Origin: an uncultured virus (IMG/VR IMGVR_UViG_3300042485_000220)
Taxonomy: Duplodnaviria; Heunggongvirae; Uroviricota; Caudoviricetes; Crassvirales
Virus record (IMG/VR): IMGVR_UViG_3300042485_000220
Reading direction: 5' to 3' (one strand)
Length of the DNA stretch: 20,000 nucleotides
In this document: piece by piece, positions 7,930 to 15,200 of the stretch
Position numbering within the stretch: the first letter of the stretch is position 1
Layout: each line of letters opens with the position of its first letter
Translations under genes and position numbers: made by a program
The notes under the pieces: model-generated
Told to the model about the DNA's origin: nothing
Seen by the model: the letters and a program-made list of their open reading frames with translations, nothing else
Database searches by the model: none

Positions 7930-10900
7930 TTATTTATATTTGTTTAACCAGCCACCTTTGTTATATTTTTCCCAACCTTTACCCAGATTTTTATATGCAG
8001 GTTTAAATGATTTAAAAACCTTTTGTGGATTAAGAATGTTATATTCACTATTATCTCTAAGACCATATATACCAAGATCTTCTGCTATTTTAGCAGCCTC
8101 AGGACTTAGTCTTCTAAAGTCAGGATTAAGATTCTTAACTGGTTCCATTTGACTAAATGTTTTCCAGTCAACTATTCTAGGATTTTCAACAAACTCACCT
8201 CTATGTATGTATGCATCTCCTCTTCCCATTGCATAGTTTTCAGCATTCTCACTAGCAAGTTTTGGATAAAATCCTTCTACATCTCTAAGAGGATTTGGAG
8301 AACCTTCCATATGCATCCAAGTATTAGGAGTTGCATAGAATCCTCTTGAAGTTGGAGAAGTTGCACTTTGAATAGGCAATCCTTCTCTAGTTGTTCTAAT
8401 AGCACCTGCGTCTGAAATAACACTAGGACCACCATGATATACAGTTTTAGGTAATTCACTATATGGAATTGCTTCAAACTCTGGTGTCATGTATGGAGCT
8501 AGTTCTCCTGTTGCTGGTTCCTTATATCCAACGTTATCATAAGGTAAAGTTGTTCCTTTGTAAGGAGCAGGAATTGGACCTCTTACAACTTGTTCTGAAG
8601 CAGTTGGTTTAGGAACTTCTTTATATCCTTTTAACCAATCTTTCTTTAATATTTTTCCTTCAGTTATAGGTACATCTCTTTGAGCTATTTGACTCCATTC
8701 TTTTTTACCATATCTTTTTCCCCAGTCAGAAGCTGCTCTTGGTACCTCAGCAATAAAACCTTGTCCATACTGATCTGCTATATCAAATCTAGGAGTATAG
8801 TAAGCTTTACTAAATTGTCTAGTAGTATTAAAGTTACCTATACTAGTAGGAGTTACATTTTGTTTAGCTCTAAACAGACCACTCTGTACTGCATCTTCCA
8901 TTCCTTCTTTACCAATTCCTCTAAACATTGCATCCTTAGGAATATTATATTGATATGCTTTAGGATTAAGTCTCCAAGCGTTGGAAAGTAATCCAGACTC
9001 CATTGATTGAGTAACCTTTCCTGGAACTTTCAAAGCACTTCCTAAAGGATCTATTCCTAATGCTCCTGTACCAGCAGCCAATGCTAAAGATGTTGCAATA
9101 GCTTTAGGATCTCTTGCTGCAACTGATTCTCCTAGAGCATCTGCTAAGACACCTACGTATGTAGCTGGATTAATATATTCATCAAATATTTCTCCTGCCC
9201 CACCAACACTACTAGGAAACAATCTAGCTTTATCTTCTGTATACCAAGATCCAGGAGTATTCAAATCTCCTTTTGTAGCTATGTTCTTTTTTCTTTCTGC
9301 TATAACTTCTTTAGCAGTATTTAATGCTTTCTTCTGAGCTTGGTCAGAAGTAGCTACTGCTTCTAGTCTTTCTCTATCTGTCATCTTTCTAGGAATGACA
9401 TTTCTTGTAGCATCTTGACGCATTGGTTCAGTAGCATATTTCTTTAACCAATCTCCATTCTGAGCCATTGGATACTCTGTAACCTTCTCACCATCAAACT
9501 TATAATCTTGATCAGGATACATCATTTGTGTATCACCTGTATCAGATACACCAAGTACAGGATAGTCAACTCCCTGCATAGTGATTTCATTAGAACCTAT
9601 CTCTGTTACCTCACCTGGGTATGCCCATTGTCCTCTGTCATCTCTTATTGGTTCACTGTAGTTATCTAACCATCCACCATTTTTCTTTTTATTCAACGTT
9701 CTATACATTGCTTCTTGTGGAGATTCAGAAAAGTCAACTGTATTTATTCTCTCTAGGTTTCTTTTAAACATAGGATCTGATTCATAAATACGTCTTTCTT
9801 CTTCTATTGCAGCTTTTCTTAATTGTGATGGAGTTAGTTTTTTAGCAGGTTCACCACTTTGTTTTGCAAGTTCTTGGTAATCCTTTTCTAGTATTTTCAT
9901 TCTTCTTTGAATCGCCTTCTCCATATTGTAATTAAACCAAGTGTTTGTTATACCACTTGGATCATTTGCACTTGCATCTCTTATTTCTGTTGCCTTTTGA
10001 TCACCTACTCTAAATACATTAATTTTTTTACCTTTATAGTCTTGTGCTTCAGGATTTAATGTATATACATAAGGTTCTTTACTTTCTCCTCTTGTTGCCT
10101 GTCCATGTTTATATGAATTATAAACCTCAACACTGCCATCAGGGTTTGAACCTAATACAATATTAGTATGATCTGGAATACCTTTTTCATTATAGTATTG
10201 TATAAAATCTCCTGGATTTAAGTTTCCTTTTTGTATTATATCAGTTAACTCATTAAATTCAATAGGTCTTCCTTTTACTTTTTCAAATCCAGCAGCTTTA
10301 TAGTTTTTATCAAATGTTGGATTATATTCTACTACTTTACCTTTTGTTCTTGATTCTCTTACACCTTGTTTTTCATTTCCTACACCAGAGAAGTCAACAC
10401 CCAAATCTTTATACACATTACATACACCACCTATACATGTTAATGATTGATCTATTCCAGACTTTACAGCACTTTCTGATAATTGATATGGAGTGTTAGC
10501 TTTAATAGCTTCTATTACTTTCCATGCTGCAGCTTGTCCTATGTTTCTTTGAGAAGTTGTAATTGGTTTTATTTCCTCTTTCTCATTAGGAATAGTTTTT
10601 CCATCTTGACTTATGCTCTTAGGTTTGAAGTCTAATCCTTCTTGGTAGAACTTCATCTCTTGACCATTCTGAGCACTTGCTTTTGTCTTCTTAGTATACT
10701 TACCATTAGCAGGAGCTGAGCCAGCTACACGTGCGTACGTGAATCCTACAGCACCTGGCATGCTACCACCCATAGCAAATCGCCCACCCCATGCAGGAGA
10801 ATAGTCCCTACCCTTAATGTTATATCCAAGTCCTACAAAGTCAGGACCTACAGACGCTTGGACATCATTAGGATTAGCTTTCTTGCCATAGTTATCCTTA

Positions 10901-10956
10901 GTCTTTTTCTTTAAGACTAAGCCTCCTTGTTCATATTTGTCTAACCAGTTAGCCAT
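7930..10956 (-). CDS. Multi-domain ('polyvalent') putative cargo protein (1008 aa): NlpC/P60-CHAP-like peptidase, small beta-domain and two ADP-ribosyltransferase-like domains
   Basis: TCIGGVCNVY...LNPGDFIQYY...PDHTNIVLG...VYNS gives the Cys/His/polar pattern of NlpC/P60. MFRGIG...YYTPRFDIADQYG...FIAEV is ART-like. VYHGG...GFYAT...AENYA...GIYG...EYNILNP is an H-Y-E ART resembling ART-PolyVal. Confidence 0.7.
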   Translation of the reverse strand: MANWLDKYEQGGLVLKKKTKDNYGKKANPNDVQASVGPDFVGLGYNIKGRDYSPAWGGRFAMGGSMPGAVGFTYARVAGSAPANGKYTKKTKASAQNGQEMKFYQEGLDFKPKSISQDGKTIPNEKEEIKPITTSQRNIGQAAAWKVIEAIKANTPYQLSESAVKSGIDQSLTCIGGVCNVYKDLGVDFSGVGNEKQGVRESRTKGKVVEYNPTFDKNYKAAGFEKVKGRPIEFNELTDIIQKGNLNPGDFIQYYNEKGIPDHTNIVLGSNPDGSVEVYNSYKHGQATRGESKEPYVYTLNPEAQDYKGKKINVFRVGDQKATEIRDASANDPSGITNTWFNYNMEKAIQRRMKILEKDYQELAKQSGEPAKKLTPSQLRKAAIEEERRIYESDPMFKRNLERINTVDFSESPQEAMYRTLNKKKNGGWLDNYSEPIRDDRGQWAYPGEVTEIGSNEITMQGVDYPVLGVSDTGDTQMMYPDQDYKFDGEKVTEYPMAQNGDWLKKYATEPMRQDATRNVIPRKMTDRERLEAVATSDQAQKKALNTAKEVIAERKKNIATKGDLNTPGSWYTEDKARLFPSSVGGAGEIFDEYINPATYVGVLADALGESVAARDPKAIATSLALAAGTGALGIDPLGSALKVPGKVTQSMESGLLSNAWRLNPKAYQYNIPKDAMFRGIGKEGMEDAVQSGLFRAKQNVTPTSIGNFNTTRQFSKAYYTPRFDIADQYGQGFIAEVPRAASDWGKRYGKKEWSQIAQRDVPITEGKILKKDWLKGYKEVPKPTASEQVVRGPIPAPYKGTTLPYDNVGYKEPATGELAPYMTPEFEAIPYSELPKTVYHGGPSVISDAGAIRTTREGLPIQSATSPTSRGFYATPNTWMHMEGSPNPLRDVEGFYPKLASENAENYAMGRGDAYIHRGEFVENPRIVDWKTFSQMEPVKNLNPDFRRLSPEAAKIAEDLGIYGLRDNSEYNILNPQKVFKSFKPAYKNLGKGWEKYNKGGWLNKYK

Positions 10957-11822
10957 TACTTATAAGAGATTTGAGCAGGTGCAATAATGAATTGAGAAAC
11001 TATATGTGCTTCAGAGCTATTGTCAAGGATGTGTCTCACCTTAAGATCTTTGGCTCTCAATGGTTCTTTCTTAAATGAACGTTTTCCATAATCCATATTC
11101 ACTTGATTTACAATCTTATCTATTGATAAAGATTCACAACTTATTCTAAACAAAGGTATGGATTTATTCTTAACTAATCCCCAGAATGTATTGTATTGAT
11201 AGAAGTTATCTGACTTAGTATAAGTGATAGTCTTGCTAAAGTCATTGTATATTGGGTAAGCTAAGTATTGTTTTAGGTTGTTGATTGGCTTTGGTACAAG
11301 TTCTAATATACCTGTAGACTGCTGTCCATTGTATAGAACAGCTTTGTTAAACCATTGATTATCAACCTCTATCTTAGCAGTTTCATTAACCACTCCATCT
11401 ACAGATGGTATATAGTTATACACCTTACTATAGTCTTTAACATTCTGAAGTATCTCATCATAGCTTTGATAAGCAAATGGATATTCAATTATGTATGGTT
11501 CTACATTACCATAGTATTTGTTATAATGTATTGTATCATCTAAATGCTTCCATATAGATCCTGTGTTACATACAGTGTAGTCTAAAGCAGCTAGTTGTTC
11601 TTTTGTAGCTGTACCAATTGTAACATTAATGCTAGTAGAACATTTACCTTTAGATCTTATAATTATTGTAGTAACAGAGTCAGCAACACTAACAGTATAT
11701 CCATCAATAAGGTCTTGTTTAGTAATGTCAATGCCCAAGACTGTCCCTAAGTTATCAGAGATATCAAAGGGTCCTGTTCTGCCACCTGAGCATGTTAATC
11801 TTATTATTACTGTTTTAGCCAT
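10956..11822 (-). CDS. Probable C-terminal part of the tail stabilization/muzzle protein, fused behind a small N-terminal 'TGPFD' beta-domain (288 aa)
   Basis: From about aa 88: GSIWKH...YNKYYG..EPYIIE...WFNKAVLYNGQQSTG..L...KEPLRAKDLKVR. I recall these motifs from the C-terminus of crAss-like tail stabilization proteins. Residues 1-70 are paralogous to the neighbouring 144-aa ORF. Confidence 0.65.
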   Translation of the reverse strand: MAKTVIIRLTCSGGRTGPFDISDNLGTVLGIDITKQDLIDGYTVSVADSVTTIIIRSKGKCSTSINVTIGTATKEQLAALDYTVCNTGSIWKHLDDTIHYNKYYGNVEPYIIEYPFAYQSYDEILQNVKDYSKVYNYIPSVDGVVNETAKIEVDNQWFNKAVLYNGQQSTGILELVPKPINNLKQYLAYPIYNDFSKTITYTKSDNFYQYNTFWGLVKNKSIPLFRISCESLSIDKIVNQVNMDYGKRSFKKEPLRAKDLKVRHILDNSSEAHIVSQFIIAPAQISYK

Positions 11823-11832
11823 TTATATTAGT

Positions 11833-12267
11833 TTAATTACATATACAAGGAAAAGCAATTAAAGTATTATTAATTGTTAAACTTGGATAGGCAATAGTCA
11901 TAGCTGATTGTAATCCTTGAGCAACATATTGATAACAATTTGGTGTAGGTGCATTATCATCTTGTACATTTCCTGTTGTTATTAATCCTATCTTATAGTA
12001 ATAATCCAATGTATCACATCTTTGATATACAAATATGTAAGGATCATCAATAGGCATGTCTACAAAATTAGCACACGCTCCTGTAGATTTAACTCTACAA
12101 ATTGTTGTTAAATCAGGAACAGCATTTGATAAATATCCTGTAAGCAAAGACGCTTTAGGAACTGCTGATTCAAATGCTACAGCATAAGCATCTGCATTTG
12201 AAAAAAGATCAAAAGGACCAGTATTTGCTCCTGCAAAATTTAAACTTATTGTTGCTGAAAATGGCAT
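11833..12267 (-). CDS. Small hypothetical structural/decoration protein (144 aa) with a 'TGPFD' domain and Cys-containing C-terminal part
   Basis: ATG preceded by an A-rich initiation region (AATAATATAAAATAAAACAAT). The N-terminal ~70 aa align by eye with the N-terminus of the 288-aa ORF. Confidence 0.75.
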   Translation of the reverse strand: MPFSATISLNFAGANTGPFDLFSNADAYAVAFESAVPKASLLTGYLSNAVPDLTTICRVKSTGACANFVDMPIDDPYIFVYQRCDTLDYYYKIGLITTGNVQDDNAPTPNCYQYVAQGLQSAMTIAYPSLTINNTLIAFPCICN

Positions 12268-12288
12268 ATTGTTTTATTTTATATTATT

Positions 12289-15200
12289 TTAACATTCAAA
12301 CCCAGTGAAAACTACATTTACGTTATCACAACCTGCAATACATTGACCATCAATTGCAGAAGGAAGACTTCCTATTCCAACAAAAGTTGAACCACTGCCT
12401 GATGAATTGTTATTAAGTATTGTAACAAATACAGTGACATCACCATATGGAACAGTAGATACAACTACATCTACTATAGTATCTGCATTCACATTACCAT
12501 TAAGAATTACTGTTGAATCTATATAAATTTCTCCTAATATATCAGAAGCAGTTCCAGTAACAGTAGTTACATTTCTTGTAACAGGGGCTGCAGTTGTAGT
12601 GGTAGTAGTAGTAGAGGAAGTACTAGTTGTAGTTGTACATACAACACATGTTCCTACATCAAATGTAGCAATTCCAGATACATTAGGATCATTAATTATT
12701 GCAGCTCTATAACTATTACCAGTGCGAACCCATACTGGTACACCAGCTGGAGCTAATACAAACTCATCACATTGAATTGCAGTTGCAGAACAGAATGGAG
12801 GATCAGTTAATATTACGTTTGTCATTGCTAAAGCAGTACCACAAGCATCATCAGGACCTGCTGAACTATATCTATAAAGAGATGGTTGTGGTGTAGTGGT
12901 AGTGCTAGTTGTAGGAGTAGGAGTTGTTGTACTTGTTGTAGTAACAGCTACACGTATAAATTCTCCTGCTGTTAATCTACAATCAGGTTCTGTTGTAAAA
13001 GATCCTGGAATTAACATACAGTCAAAAGGCACAGCAGTTGTGGTAGTAGTAGTAGTACTAGTAGAAGTAGAAGTTGTTGTGGTAGTAGTTTGTTGTGAAG
13101 CTGTTCCTCCTAAAAGACAAGGATATCCTACCACTACAGCTGTACCAGTTAGGTTACAGTATATAATTCTTGTTGTTGTTGTAGTTGTGGTTGGAGAAGG
13201 TATTGGTACAACTGCCACTGCTGTGACATCACAACCTTCATTTAATCCAGAATAGAAGAAACTGTTTTCTCCTATATAGAAGTTAGGAAGATATGTATGA
13301 AAACTCACCCAACTCTTTGTATTGAAATTAAATGAAACAGTCCATGATTTGTTACAGAAGTATTCAAGATCTGTCACCTCGATATATTTCTTAACTACAA
13401 GATCACCAGCTACTGGTTGGTCAACATAAAACTGTTTAACCACCTCATCATAAAATACCTCTTTACCTGGTTGTGGAACATAGTCTAACTTAGTAATTAT
13501 TACTCTTTCAAATACACTATCATACACACCATGAATACCAATATTCTTGAAATGATTATCTGTGTTAACTGTTGGGAAGTATCCTAGTATTTCAAATGCT
13601 AAATGATTTGTAAAGAATCTATTAAGACCAGAACCAAATCCTGAAATATCAGTTGCTTGTGTTCCTTGAATTAAAAATACTTGACATCTCTTAGCATCAA
13701 TAGTTATCTGCCCTTGAGGTATCTTAAGCAACATCTTATTTTGACAACCAACATATCCAAGATCTGTCTCAGCATAATCAATAGGAGGAGCACCACTAAA
13801 TAATGAAGGATTACCTAAATAAGCTGCTTGAGGATTACTTGTATCAATAGTTAACAAGTTACCATATAGTAATGTCTTGTTTTCAAATCTAGCTAATGTA
13901 GCTCTATTTTGAATACCATCTAAAGATATAAGATTACCATAGTTTTGAGGGAAATCAAAGAAGCTCACTGGACGATATATCAACCAGCTATTTATTCTAT
14001 TATCAGAATAGCTTTCTTGTCTGTCAGAATATATTGCTCTGAATGGGAAGTTTTTATAACACAATTGCTGTACCCAATCTGCAGGTAAGTGAGAGAAGAA
14101 GTTCTCTACGTTCTGTTTAGAGAAGGTTGTATTGTAATAATAAGTATTATCAAAAGCAATAGGAACTCTACTTTCTTGGAACCAACTGTCAGGAATACCT
14201 GAACTTACGTGTGGATAGAAATCACCTTCTAAGTTATTAAATGCCTGACGTAAGTCTACATTAATAGAACTCTCTACATAATAGTAAGGAATACCATAAG
14301 CAAATAAATACATCTTACCACTATATACATAATTCAAAGAACCAGCTGTCACTGTTCCTGGAGCAGGTGTAGTTGATGTAGTTGTTGTAGCATTGTCAGC
14401 AATATCATCATTAGGACAATCAAGATAATGTGCTTTGGTAGAGATTATATTCTTCATTACAGTAGCATTTACTGTATAATCAGATAATATAGATCTTGCT
14501 GAGTACCAATATTGTGGGTAAGCTACATTACCTATCTCATCATAGTATATATCAGAATCATCTGGAGCATTCACTCTATTGTCAATAAAGAATGGAAGCT
14601 TTGTTTTAAATCCAAACTTACCAATATATGTATCACCACCAAATACCACTTCAGGATCATTAGCAGATATTGCACTGAATATTCTTTGGAATCCTGTGTC
14701 AATGGTTTGATATGAATAGATTTGTCCATATTGAGCATTATTAATAGCCTTTATAGAACCATAGTAAGATACTACTTTGATATTTCTCTGAGCTTCAGGA
14801 CTAGCACAGTTTTCTGCTTCTGAAATTGTAAATCTTGAATTGTCACTAATTTGACTTATACCTGCTACAACAAGAGAAGGAGTATCATTAGGATATGGTA
14901 AAGGTGATACAGGTATTCCATTTCTAACATCAATAGTTTTAACATAAACTGAAGACTCTCTGTTCCAGTTATTAAGATCATAATTATCACCTACATTCTG
15001 TACACCTGGAAATACGTATTGAGCTAGATCAAGTTGTCTTTGTTTAATTCCTTGATTATTAGAAACATCTGCACTATAGTCATAACTAGATATAGAGTTA
15101 AATGAATATGCAAAGTTTTGTCTACTAATACCATTGATATAAATCTGTAAGTAAGTTTGATATGCTGTAAAAAATGCTATAGGACTAAATCCCCCAAGAT

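Noticed and set aside
11823..12291. Stop-codon readthrough or recoding as the cause of the split muzzle gene
   Set aside because: The stops are TAA. A second in-frame TAA lies in the 12268-12288 spacer, the 288-aa ORF is in another frame, and each downstream gene has its own ATG with an A-rich leader.
12590..13192. CRISPR array or diversity-generating retroelement repeats
   Set aside because: The repeats are imperfect trinucleotide runs coding for poly-Thr. There is no repeat-spacer periodicity, no reverse transcriptase and no template/variable repeat pair.
11560..13245. Group I intron, intein or IS element as the muzzle insertion
   Set aside because: The insert is almost entirely coding for structural-looking domains. 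I see no homing endonuclease, transposase, intein terminal motifs, inverted repeats or non-coding ribozyme core.
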